Source of the DNA: Bugula neritina
Lineage: Eukaryota > Animalia > Bryozoa
Direction of reading: 5' to 3'
Assembly (NCBI GenBank): GCA_964035545.1
Contig: OZ037765.1
Location: 124,001 to 188,000, forward strand
Length of the DNA stretch: 64,000 nucleotides
Numbering within the stretch: position 1 is the stretch's first letter; each line of letters opens with the position of its first letter. The notes under the pieces are model-generated. The model did not search any database. It was given only the letters and a program-made list of their open reading frames with translations, and was not told the origin of the DNA. A program made the position numbers and the translations under genes. This document shows, in pieces, positions 1-14,000 of this stretch.

Positions 1-3000
1 TATAGTATAGTATTACTGTGTGTATAGTATAGTATTACTGTGTATATAGTATAGTATTACTGTATATATAGTATAGTATTACTGTGTGTATAGTATAGTA
101 TTACTGTGTATATAGTATAGTATTACTGTATATATAGTATAGTATTACTGTGTATATAGTATAGTATTACTGTGTATATAGTATAGTATTACTGTGTATA
201 TAGTATAGTATTACTGTATATATAGTATAGTATTACTGTATATATAGTATAGTATTACTGTATATATAGTATAGTATTACTGTATATATAGTATAGTATT
301 ACTGTATATATAGTATAGTATTACTGTATATATAGTATAGTATTACTGTGTATATAGTATAGTATTACTGTATATATAGTATAGTATTACTGTATATATA
401 GTATAGTATTACTGTATATATAGTATAGTATTACTGTACATATAGTATAGTATTACTGTGTATATAGTATAGTATTACTGTATATATAGTATAGTATTAC
501 TGTACATATAGTATAGTATTACTGTGTATATAGTATAGTACATAGTATAGTATATAGTATAGTATTACTGTACATATAGTATAGTATTACTGTGTATATA
601 GTATAGTATTACTGTATATATAGTATAGTATTACTGTACATATAGTATAGTATTACTGTGTATATAGTATAGTATTACTGTATATATAGTATAGTATTAC
701 TGTATATATAGTATAGTATTACTGTACCTATAGTATAGTATTACTGTATATATAGTATAGTATTACTGTATATAGTATAGTATTACTGTATATATAGTAT
801 AGTATTACTGTGTATATAGTATAGTATTACTGTGTATATAGTATAGTATTACTGTACATATAGTATAGTATTACTGTGTATATAGTATAGTATTACTGTA
901 TATATAGTATAGTATTACTGTGTATATAGTATAGTATTACTGTGTATATAGTATAGTATTACTGTATATATAGTATAGTATTACTGTATATATAGTATAG
1001 TATTACTGTACATATAGTATAGTATTACTGTATATATAGTATAGTATTACTGTATATATAGTATAGTATTACTGTATATATAGTATAGTATTACTGTATA
1101 TATAGTATAGTATTACTGTATATATAGTATAGTATTACTGTATATATAGTATAGTATTACTGTATATATAGTATAGTATTACTGTGTATATAGTATAGTA
1201 TTACTGTGTATATAGTATAGTATTACTGTATATATAGTATAGTATTACTGTGTATATAGTATAGTATTACTGTATATATAGTATAGTATTACTGTATATA
1301 TAGTATAGTATTACTGTATATATAGTATAGTATTACTGTATATATAGTATAGTATTACTGTATATATAGTATAGTATTACTGTATATATAGTATAGTATT
1401 ACTGTGTATATAGTATAGTATTACTGTGTATATAGTATAGTATTACTGTACATATAGTATAGTATTACTGTATATATAGTATAGTATTACTGTATATATA
1501 GTATAGTATTACTGTATATATAGTATAGTATTACTGTATATATAGTATAGTATTACTGTATATATAGTATAGTATTACTGTATATATAGTATAGTATTAC
1601 TGTATATATAGTATAGTATTACTGTATATATAGTATAGTATTACTGTATATATAGTATAGTATTACTGTGTATATAGTATAGTATTACTGTATATATAGT
1701 ATAGTATTACTGTGTATATAGTATAGTATTACTGTATATATAGTATAGTATTACTGTGTATATAGTATAGTATTACTGTGTATATAGTATAGTATTACTG
1801 TATATATAGTATAGTATTACTGTATATATAGTATAGTATTACTGTATATATAGTACAGTATTACTGTATATATAGTATAGTATTACTGTGTGTATAGTAT
1901 AGTATTACTGTGTATATAGTATAGTATTACTGTATATATAGTATAGTATTACTGTGTATATAGTATAGTATTACTGTGTATATAGTATAGTATTACTGTA
2001 TATATAGTATAGTATTACTGTGTATATAGTATAGTATTACTGTATATATAGTATAGTATTACTGTATATATAGTACAGTATTACTGTATATATAGTATAG
2101 TATTACTGTGTGTATAGTATAGTATTACTGTGTATATAGTATAGTATTACTGTATATATAGTATAGTATTACTGTGTATATAGTATAGTATTACTGTGTA
2201 TATAGTATAGTATTACTGTATATATAGTATAGTATTACTGTGTATATAGTATAGTATTACTGTATATATAGTATAGTATTACTGTGTATATAGTATAGTA
2301 TTACTGTGTATATAGTATAGTATTACTGTATATATAGTATAGTATTACTGTATATATAGTATAGTATTACTGTGTGTATAGTATAGTATTACTGTATATA
2401 TAGTATAGTATTACTGTGTATATAGTATAGTATTACTGTATATATAGTATAGTATTACTGTATATATAGTATAGTATTACTGTGTATATAGTATAGTATT
2501 ACTGTATATATAGTATAGTATTACTGTGTATATAGTACAGTATTACTGTACATATAGTATAGTATTACTGTACATATAGTATAGTATTACTGTGTATATA
2601 GTATAGTATTACTGTGTATATAGTATAGTATTACTGTATATATAGTATAGTATTACTGTACATATAGTATAGTATTACTGTGTATATAGTATAGTATTAC
2701 TGTATATATAGTATAGTATTACTGTATATATAGTATAGTATTACTGTGTGTATAGTATAGTATTACTGTATATATAGTATAGTATTACTGTATATATAGT
2801 ATAGTATTACTGTATATATAGTACAGTATTACTGTATATATAGTATAGTATTACTGTGTGTATAGTATAGTATTACTGTGTATATAGTATAGTATTACTG
2901 TATATATAGTATAGTATTACTGTACATATAGTATAGTATTACTGTGTATATAGTATAGTATTACTGTATATATAGTATAGTATTACTGTATATATAGTAT

Positions 3001-4320
3001 AGTATTACTGTGTATATAGTATAGTATTACTGTGTATATAGTATAGTATTACTGTATATATAGTATAGTATTACTGTATATATAGTATAGTATTACTGTA
3101 TATATAGTATAGTATTACTGTATATATAGTATAGTATTACTGTACATATAGTATAGTATTACTGTGTATATAGTATAGTATTACTGTGTATATAGTATAG
3201 TATTACTGTGTATATAGTATAGTATTACTGTGTATATAGTATAGTATTACTGTATATATAGTATAGTATTACTGTATATATAGTACAGTATTACTGTATA
3301 TATAGTATAGTATTACTGTGTGTATAGTATAGTATTACTGTGTATATAGTATAGTATTACTGTATATATAGTATAGTATTACTGTGTATATAGTATAGTA
3401 TTACTGTATATATAGTATAGTATTACTGTATATATAGTATAGTATTACTGTATATATAGTATAGTATTACTGTATATATAGTATAGTATTACTGTACATA
3501 TAGTATAGTATTACTGTATATATAGTATAGTATTACTGTGTATATAGTATAGTATTACTGTATATATAGTATAGTATTACTGTGTATATAGTATAGTATT
3601 ACTGTGTATATAGTATAGTATTACTGTGTATATAGTATAGTATTACTGTGTATATAGTATAGTATTACTGTATATATAGTATAGTATTACTGTACATATA
3701 GTATAGTATTACTGTATATATAGTATAGTATTACTGTATATATAGTATAGTATTACTGTATATAGTATAGTATTACTGTGTATATAGTATAGTATTACTG
3801 TATATATAGTATAGTATTACTGTATATATAGTATAGTATTACTGTATATATAGTATAGTATTACTGTATATATAGTATAGTATTACTGTATATATAGTAT
3901 AGTATTACTGTGTGTATAGTATAGTATTACTGTGTATATAGTATAGTATTACTGTATATATAGTATAGTATTACTGTACCTATAGTATAGTATTACTGTG
4001 TATATAGTATAGTATTACTGTATATATAGTATAGTATTACTGTACATATAGTATAGTATTACTGTGTATATAGTATAGTATTACTGTACATATAGTATAG
4101 TATTACTGTGTATATAGTATAGTATTACTGTATATATAGTATAGTATTACTGTGTATATAGTATAGTATTACTGTATATATAGTATAGTATTACTGTATA
4201 TATAGTATAGTATTACTGTGTATATAGTATAGTATTACTGTATATATAGTATAGTATTACTGTATATATAGTATAGTATTACTGTATATATAGTATAGTA
4301 TTACTGTACATATAGTATAG
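1..4320. repeat. 22-bp satellite TATAGTATAGTATTACTGT(A/G)(T/C)A, about 195 copies, runs off the window edge
   Basis: Direct inspection. Confidence 0.98.
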
Positions 4321-4751
4321 TGAAGTATTACGTATATTTATCAAAAACACTGTCTGTCAGTGAATGAATGGTTTATTGAAGATAAACATCATATATAGTA
4401 TACAGTATAAGTATATAGTATAAAGTATACAGTATATAGTATACAGTATAAAGTATACAGTATAAAGTATAATACGTAATGCAATCCACACAGTAGCTAA
4501 ACACTCTACCTTAGCTCACTATTACATAGTAACACAGTAGCTAAACACTCTACCTTAGCTCACTATTACATAGTAACACAGATTGTATACGCCTGAGGCT
4601 AACTGGTTATATCTCAGGCTAAGGTTTAAATAAATCTTGTAACAGAGCAAGCAGCTGCAGAAACAACAATGTTGATTAAAATAGGTGCATATATCAGATG
4701 GCATATCAACAGATATTAAATTGTCTAACAAAACACTCCTTATTTCTACAT

Positions 4752-4869
4752 GTATGCTTATCCACACACATATGCTTATCCACACATGTATGCTTATCCA
4801 CACACGTATGCTTATCCACACACGTATGCTTATCCACACACATATGCTTATCCACACACGTATGCTTAT
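4752..4869. repeat. 18-bp minisatellite TATGCTTATCCACACACG
   Basis: Direct inspection; just 3' of the EFCAB7 stop codon. Confidence 0.9.
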
Positions 4870-5058
4870 TGTGAGGAAATAGCAGAAAAGAGAAGGTGTA
4901 AAAGAAACTGGAGAGATCTAGCAGGACGGCAGCTACACACAGTGAAGGGAGATAACTCCCCTCGCTGTAGTTTATCACATCTAAGAAGGTTTGGCTAAGA
5001 GAGCAGCAGACAGCGACAGAGAGTCAAGCTGCTGTCGGAGAGCTTGCTGCTGCTGACA

Positions 5059-8000
5059 TCACTTAGATACGAGTAACTCCAGCTCAGTACAGGAGACCAG
5101 CCACTCTTTACTCTCGTCTCTCGGTACAAAGTGGTAGACGGCCTGAAACAGAACCTGAGGTAGTAGTACTGAGGTAATACCTGAGGTGTGGACAGGTAGT
5201 ACCTGAGGTGTGGACAGGTAGTACCTGAGGTATGGAGATATTATACTCACAGTGGCTGTGTTGGGGGGAAGAGGGAAGACGTCGGACAGAGAGCTCTGGT
5301 TACTCCGGATGTTGAAACTCTGAGTAGAGTCTAGACGTACCGTGACTCTCTTGGGTAACTGTAGACATATATACAGGGGTGTAGATATATACAGGGGGTG
5401 TAGATATATGCAGGGGTGTAGACATATATACAGGGGTGTAGATATATACAGGGGTGTAGACATATATACAGGGGTGTAGATATATACAGGGGGTGTAGAT
5501 ATATGCAGGGGTGTAGACATATATACAGGGGTGTAGATATATACAGGGGTGTAGATATATGCAGGGGTGTAGACATATATACAGGGGTGTAGATATATAC
5601 AGGGGTGTAGATATATGCAGGGGTGTAGACATATATACAGGGGTGTAGATATATACAGGGGTGTAGATATATACAGGGGTGTAGATATATACAGGGGTGT
5701 AGATATATACACACAGGGGGTGTAGATATATACAGGGGTGTAGATATATACAGGGGGTGTAGATATATACAGGGGTGTAGATATATACAGGGGTGTAGAT
5801 ACATATACACAGGGAGTGTAGATATACAATTATGCAGGGGATTACAGAACTTTGAGAATACAGTCTCAGGTGAACTATAGCGTATCCAGTCACAACTGAA
5901 AACAAAACATTCCACGAATTTGAATTAAATAGGGTGTTGCAATGCTCTTCTCTATTGAACTTCATGTCACTCATTTAATGGCACTGTTTAGCAGAATGCT
6001 GTCTACATGTTGTTATTCCAGAGAATTTAAATTGAATAATAAATGACGAGATGAGACTAGTGCTGAGATTAGCGCGTTACTGTGTTGCTGGTTATTCACA
6101 GCTCAGAAATGTGCGTAGTCACTGGACCGTAGCCACTGGACCGTCTCCTCGCCAGAACGCTTGCAGGTCTCCCAACAATATTAAGTCATTTATCCTGCGT
6201 TTGTGGCTTTGCATGCATTGAGAGACTATTTTTATAATTTCATCACAACTATTAAAACTGGAGATTAATGAGTAGATGCAGGCATATTAAGTGCTGGATT
6301 GTTAGAATAAACTAAAGTAAAGAGTGTACTCAGTGAAATAACACAATTAATTACAATATCAACTGACAATAGACAATCTGATGGAGATTAAAACAAGTGA
6401 AATCATACATTCATGGTAAAACAACAACATTTGCAAACAATAGAATGTAATGCCCTGGTAAACAACGTGATGACACTACATCTGTTACTACATGTGACAC
6501 TACACTACATGTGACACTACACTACATGTGTTACTACACTACATGTGTTACTACACTACATGTTTTACTACATGTGACACTACACTACATGTGACACTAC
6601 ACTACGTGTGTTACTACACTACGTGTGTTACTACACTACGTGTGTTACTACACTACACGTGTTACTACACTACACGTGTTACTACACTACACGTGTTACT
6701 ACACTACACGTGTTACTACACTACGTGTGTTACTACACTACGTGTGTTACTACACTACGTGTGTTACTACACTACGTGTGTTACTACACTACGTGTGTTA
6801 CTACACTACGTGTGTTACTACACTACGTGTGTTACTACACTACGTGTGTTACTACACTACGTGTGTTACTACACTACACGTGTTACTACACTACACGTGT
6901 TACTACACTACACGTGTTACTACACTACACGTGTTACTACACTACACGTGTTACTACACTACGTGTGTTACTACACTACGTGTGTTACTACACTACGTGT
7001 GTTACTACACTACGTGTGTTACTACACTACGTGTGTTACTACACTACGTGTGTTACTACACTACGTGTGTTACTACACTACGTGTGTTACTACACTACGT
7101 GTGTTACTACACTACGTGTGTTACTACACTACGTGTGTTACTACACTACGTGTGTTACTACACTACGTGTGTTACTACACTACGTGTGTTACTACACTAC
7201 GTGTGTTACTACACTACGTGTGTTACTACACTACGTGTGTTACTACACTACACGTGTTACTACACTACACGTGTTACTACACTACACGTGTTACTACACT
7301 ACACGTGTTACTACACTACACGTGTTACTACACTACGTGTGTTACTACACTACGTGTGTTACTACACTACGTGTGTTACTACACTACGTGTGTTACTACA
7401 CTACGTGTGTTACTACACTACGTGTGTTACTACACTACGTGTGTTACTACACTACGTGTGTTACTACACTACGTGTGTTACTACACTACGTGTGTTACTA
7501 CACTACGTGTGTTACTACACTACGTGTGTTACTACACTACGTGTGTTACTACACTACGTGTGTTACTACACTACATGTGTTACTACACTACATGTGTTAC
7601 TACACTACGTGTGTTACTACACTACATACTACATACTCACTCTGTTATCAACAAGTACAGCTGCAATAGTGTCTGTCTCATACGTGTATATCTTCACTTC
7701 CTTATCATTCCCAGAAGTCTTTGCAGCTCCACAGCGCTGATCTGCAGAGAGCAGCTCCTGCAGCAGAAGGCAGCAAATATTAGTGAGAGAGAAACAACTT
7801 CAACGTCTAACAGTTTGCTGTCAATAAGGTCAGCACTCACCCCTCTGCTAGAGTAAGCTTCCCTCAGGGCTGTCTGAAGGGACCTGGACTTGGGAGTAGC
7901 CAGAGACTGCTGGACAGAGAGATTGGCCTTGACCTCACTCTCCAACCCAACTTCTAGAGTGAACGGGTAAGCCTGCGTAACAACTAAGTAAGTATATAAA

Positions 8001-11000
8001 CTATACTGTATGTACAACAACTAAGTAAGTATATAAACTATACTGTATATACAACAACTAAGTAAGTATATAAACTATACTGTATATACAACAAATAAGT
8101 AAGTATATAAACTATACTGTATATACAACAACTAAGTAAGTATATAAACTATACTGTATGTACAACAACTAAGTAAGTATATAAACTATACTGTATATAC
8201 AACAACTAAGTAAGTATATAAACTATACTGTATATACAACAACTAAGTAAGTATATAAACTATACTGTATATACAACAACTAAGTAAGTATATAAACTAT
8301 ACTGTATGTACAACAACTAAGTAAGTATATAAACTATACTGTATATACAACAACTAAGTAAGTATATAAACTATACTGTATATACAACAACTAAGTAAGT
8401 GTATAAACTATACTGTATATACAACAACTAAGTAAGTATATAAACTATACTGTATATACAACAACTAAGTAAGTATATAAACTATACTGTATATACAACA
8501 ACTAAGTAAGTGTATAAACTATACTGTATATACAACAACTAAGTAAGTATATAAACTATACTGTATGTACAACAACTAAGTAAGTATATAAACTATACTG
8601 TATATACAACAACTAAGTAAGTATATAAACTATACTGTATATACAACAACTAAGTAAGTATATAAACTATACTGTATATACAACAACTAAGTAAGTAGGT
8701 AAGTTGATGAGCTGCTGGGATGAAAGGGCAGAGTTTGCAATACGAAGAGAGAGTCACATCAACTGATACATAATAGAAAGTATGCAGGGCCAGTCTCGGC
8801 TTACAAGCCTATCATATTCACCTCATCATGTCGCAATCATCTGATGCATTGCACAGAGACAGCTGCCAGTACATTGTTTTGATTTACAGAAAAGAACAAA
8901 AGAAATTGCTGCCCAGTTTATGAGACAAGAATCTGTAACAATAGAAGCAGCAGCACCGAGGCAGCACTGAGGCAGCATGGCCACACCCACCAGCCACTAG
9001 CATTCACAGGTGTCACTCACACTCAGTGCACCTGTCAACAGCTGACAGGTTGGCAGCAGATAGCTGTCACATCACAATACACCAACAGTAACCACTACAT
9101 ACTCTAACAGTAACCACTACATACTCTAACAGTAACCACTACATACTCTAACAGTAACCACTACATACACTAACAGTAACCACTACAAACTCTAACAGTA
9201 ACCACTACATACACTAACAGTAACCACTACAAACTCTAACAGTAACCACTACATACACTAACAGTAACCACTACATACACTAACAGTAACCACTACATAC
9301 ACTAACAGTAACCACTACAAACACCAGTGCCAGTTTTACCTGCGTTTGAACCAGCGATGAGTCATAGCCAAACATCTCCAAGGACAACCAGAGGTCATCC
9401 GTGTCCCCGGCAGCATCTTCAGCCTCCAACTCTATGAGCTGAATGAACCCTTTGCAGGTGAGTTGACCTTGTTTCAGTTCGGCATTGTCTGTTCACACAG
9501 TATGTACAGTATAGTATACAGTAGAGTATACAGTAGAGTATACAGTAGAGTATACAGTATATATAGCCTAGTATACAGTAGAGTATACAGTAGAGTATTT
9601 AGTATAGAGTATATACAAACTACATAGCATATAATATAATATATATACTCGTATAATATAATAGAGTATATCAAGCACCTGCAACAACCTGCCACTCACT
9701 CTCTCCCACTGCATCTTCTCCTGAACGAATACTGTACATGTTAAACTCCTCTTTGCTAAGAAGTCCGTTCATGTCTGTGTCAACCATGTTGAATATGTCT
9801 GTGAGTACGTACCTAGCAGCAGTAATATAGTAATATAGTAATATTATATAACTATATTACTGAGTACGTACCTAGCAGCAGTAATATAGTAATATTATAT
9901 TACTCTATTACTGAGTACATACCCAGCAGCAGTAATATAGTAATATTATATTACTGAGTACATACCTAGCAGCAGTAATATAGTAATATAGTAATATTAT
10001 ATAACTATATTACTATATTTATCACGTATTGAATACAGAGGTATGCCAACTGTTAGAACGTATCATCTACTAATTTATATGTAAATCACGGAGAGAGGTG
10101 TTGAGTAAGTCACAGCCACAGCTATTTCTGAAGTTGCGACACCACGCACAGCAGCTGAGCTGAATTCTAATTTCATTTAAATTTCAACAAGATACATATT
10201 AGGTACGTCAGATCCAACAAATCAAATGCATAAATTAAAACTAAAAGTTCGGAGTTGCTCTGTTGAAAGGAAAGTTGGCACATTAGAGCATGTTACCAGG
10301 GGCGTAGACAGGGGGTACTATACAGTGTAGACAGGGGTACTATACAGTGTAGACAGGGGTACTATATAGTGTAGACAGGGGGTACTATACAGTGTAGACA
10401 GGGGGTACTATACAGTGTAGACAGGGGGTACTATACAGTGTAGACAGGGGTACTGTATACTGTAGACAGGGGTACTATACAGTGTAGACAGGGGTACTAT
10501 ACAGTGTAGACAGGGGTACTATACAGTGTAGACAGGGGGTACTATACAGTGTAGATAGGGGTACTGTATAGTGTAGACAGGGGGTACTATACAGTGTAGA
10601 CAGGGGTACTATATACTGTAGACAGGGGGTACTATACAGTATAGACAGGGGGTACTATACAGTGTAGACAGGGGGTACTATATACTGTAGACAGGGGTAC
10701 TATATACTGTAGACAGGGGTACTATACAGTGTAGACAGGGGTACTATACAGTATAGACAGGTGAATGTAGGTGTTGAATGGAAAAAAAGAGTAAGCATAT
10801 TTTGGTTGCTAAAAGTAGACTTTGATAATGTTCAGACATTGAATATTATATAATTATATTATTGTAATATATTACATTATATATTAATGTAATTATATTA
10901 TTGTAAAATATTACATTATATATTAATGTAATTATATTATTGTAATATATTACATTATATAATTATCTCCTTTCAGTCAGAAGAACAGACGAGTATCATA

Positions 11001-14000
11001 GAATCTGTTACCTAGTAGTTATTATATTAACATCAATTATAATCATAGTGAAAGTGACAGTAACGTATGACTCATGCATACTAAAGTGTCACTTATTATT
11101 GACACTTGATGAACCAGCACCTGGTCACCTGCAAGTCTTGACAGAGAGTTTAGAGCACCTTATCTAGCTGTCAGAGAGCTTAGAGCACCTTATCTACCTG
11201 TCAAAGAGCTAGGGCACCTTATCTACCCCTCAGAGAGTTTAGGGCACCATATCTAGCTGTCAGAGACTTTAGGGCACCTTACCTAGCTGTCAGAGAGTTT
11301 AGGGCACCTTATATAGCTACATATATTTGACTCACTTAAACTCTTTGGTTAGAGTGAACTTGTCCTCCCCAGTAGAACTGGTCTTTTTTCTAACCAACTT
11401 CTTTTGAGGCTCCTTGGAAGACTTGGTCAAAGGAAACCCACAACCAGAGGTGAAGGTCAAAAGGTTATATGTGCCAGGTTCAAGGTCACATCTCACACCA
11501 AACACCTGAACAAGATCAAAAATACATTTAACATATAGGATTGTTCAACAGGTAGCAGGGTTGAGGTCAATTAAATATGAATGTAATTAATTACAATTAC
11601 TTTTGTTGTCACAGGAGACAGATAAAAGTTATATAATCTCACTCCTGGGGTCCAACTACCCAGGGCAATTTCAACAACAAAAAACCTTCCTTGTTCTCAA
11701 CAGTAACGAATAGGGTGATAAATACGACATTAAATTAATCTGAACTTTTTATTAAACAGTAGGCAAGGCAGGAAAAATATGAGTTTTATAAGATTCAAAA
11801 ATTTGAAGTAATTGTTATGTAATCATAAAGTAATTGTAAAATTTAATTACATTAGCAATGTAATTAATTACAATTACATTTTTATACATCAATTACAAAT
11901 TACATTCAATTACTTGAAAAAATGTAATTAATTACAAACAATTACAAATAACAATTACCCCAACCCTGACAGGTAGGCAATTGAAATCAGGACAATACTG
12001 CTATAATTTTATGTTAAAACTGATCATGTGACTAAATCCTGTTACAAATGTATATTTACTTAATTTGTGAAGCAAAGTGGTAACCAGTTTTTTGATAAGT
12101 CAAGGATAATTTCAATACGTAGAAATACAAGCTGTATGGGAAACATAACTGTTCTACTAGCAGTTCCTAAGTTGTCAACAATGCCTCTGGGAAAACATCA
12201 ATGACTATCCCAGATAATGCAAAAACATAGCAAAAAGTTTATAGGAAAGTAAATTTCGTGTTTTTCCTGAAAAATATTATGTTATAACTTGACTGTAATG
12301 CCTACATATAGGGACATGTGATATATGTATAGATATATTCGGTAAGTGTATATATATGTATGTGATATATGTATAGATACATGTGATAGGTGTCTAGATA
12401 TATGTGATAGGTGTATAGATATATGTGATAGGTGTATAGATATATGTGATAGGTGTATAGATATATGTGATATGTGTATAGATATATGTGATAGGTGTAT
12501 AGATATATGTGATAGGTGTATAGATATATGTGATAGGTGTATAGATATATGTGATAGGTGTATAGATATATGTGATAGGTGTATAGAGAAGTTAACTAAG
12601 CAATTTCTAGCGAATAGTTTGTAAAGTTTGCAGATAAATAATAACTCATGCAAGAAATATCTAATGTGCAGCTCTGGAAATGTGAGGAGGTCTAAAAATA
12701 GAAAGGACAATCCAGGGAGCATAAATACAAGATTGGCATGTAGAAAACATTGACAGATGTACAAGATACATCCTGTAATACTTCTCTCTACGTGATGGCA
12801 AAATTGAAATAGAATTCATAGTGGTCAAATGTCAAGGCATATGAAATATTATTTCCATGTGACATTTTAATTATTTATATTCTGTTTATGATATGTTATG
12901 AAATGTTTCAACATATGAGAATTAGAGTAGATATGTTGATAGTGAGAGAGTAGATGTGTTGATAGTGAGAGAGTAGATATGTTGATAGTGAGAGAGTAGA
13001 TATGTTGATAGAGAGAGTAGATATGTTGATAGTGAGAGAATAGATATGTTGATAGTGAGAGAGTAGATATGTTGATAGTGAGAGAGTAGATATGTTGATA
13101 GTGAGAGAGTAGATATGTTGATAGTGAGAGAGTAGATATGTTGATAGAGAGAGAGTAGATATGTTGATAGTGAGAGAGTAGATATGTTGATAGTGAGAGA
13201 GTAGATATGTTGATAGTGAGAGAGTAGATATGTTGATAGTGAGAGATATGTTGATAGTGAGAGATATGTTGATAGTGAGAGAGTAGATATGTTGATAGTG
13301 AGAGAGTAGATATAGAGTAAAACAAAGGGGACGTCTCACCCCTGTAGAATCCCTCTTCTCAGTGAAAGCCACAAGAATATTCCCACTCTTGTCTGGTTTA
13401 CTCCTCACGACAAAGACGCACATGTCCAGGGGTGTAGACAGGGGGGCAGTAGACTGGTAGGGGGAGGGGGTGATGCTTATAAAGGTGCTGGTGGGTTTGC
13501 TGACTGTCAAAGTGTACTGAGAACTTGATATACCCCCTGTGTCCTCTAGGTAGAACATCCCCCTCTTTGACAGCTTGCTCCACTCCTGCATAGTGAACAA
13601 ACACTATACTGTATAGTATCACACTGTATACTGTATAGTATCACACTGTATACTGTATAGTATCACACTGTATAGTACCACACTGTATACTGTATAGTAC
13701 CACACTGTATACTGTATAATACCACACTGTATACTGTATAGTATCACACTGTATACTGTATAGTATCACACTGTATACTGTATAGTATCACACTGTATAC
13801 TGTATAGTATCACACTGTATACTGTATAGTATCACACTGTATACTGTATAGTATCACACTGTATACTGTATAGTACCACACTGTACACTGTATAGTATCA
13901 CACTGTACACTGTATAGTATCACACTGTATACTGTATAGTATCACACTGTATAGTATCACACTGTATACTGTATAGTATCACACTGTATACTGTATAGTA

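Noticed and set aside
1-4320. Telomeric repeat
   Set aside because: The 22-bp AT-rich unit has no G-rich telomere motif and lies directly next to a gene.
6528-7856. Long ORFs of 353-442 aa, and similar ORFs at 5300-5974, 22825-23566, 39370-40516, 44976-45776, 49712-50284, 50904-51518 and 54278-56110
   Set aside because: They are open in several frames only because the repeat units lack stop codons, and they lie in introns or intergenic arrays.
10036-10286. Possible MITE (TGCCAACT ... AGTTGGCA)
   Set aside because: Only an 8-bp inverted match and no TSD.
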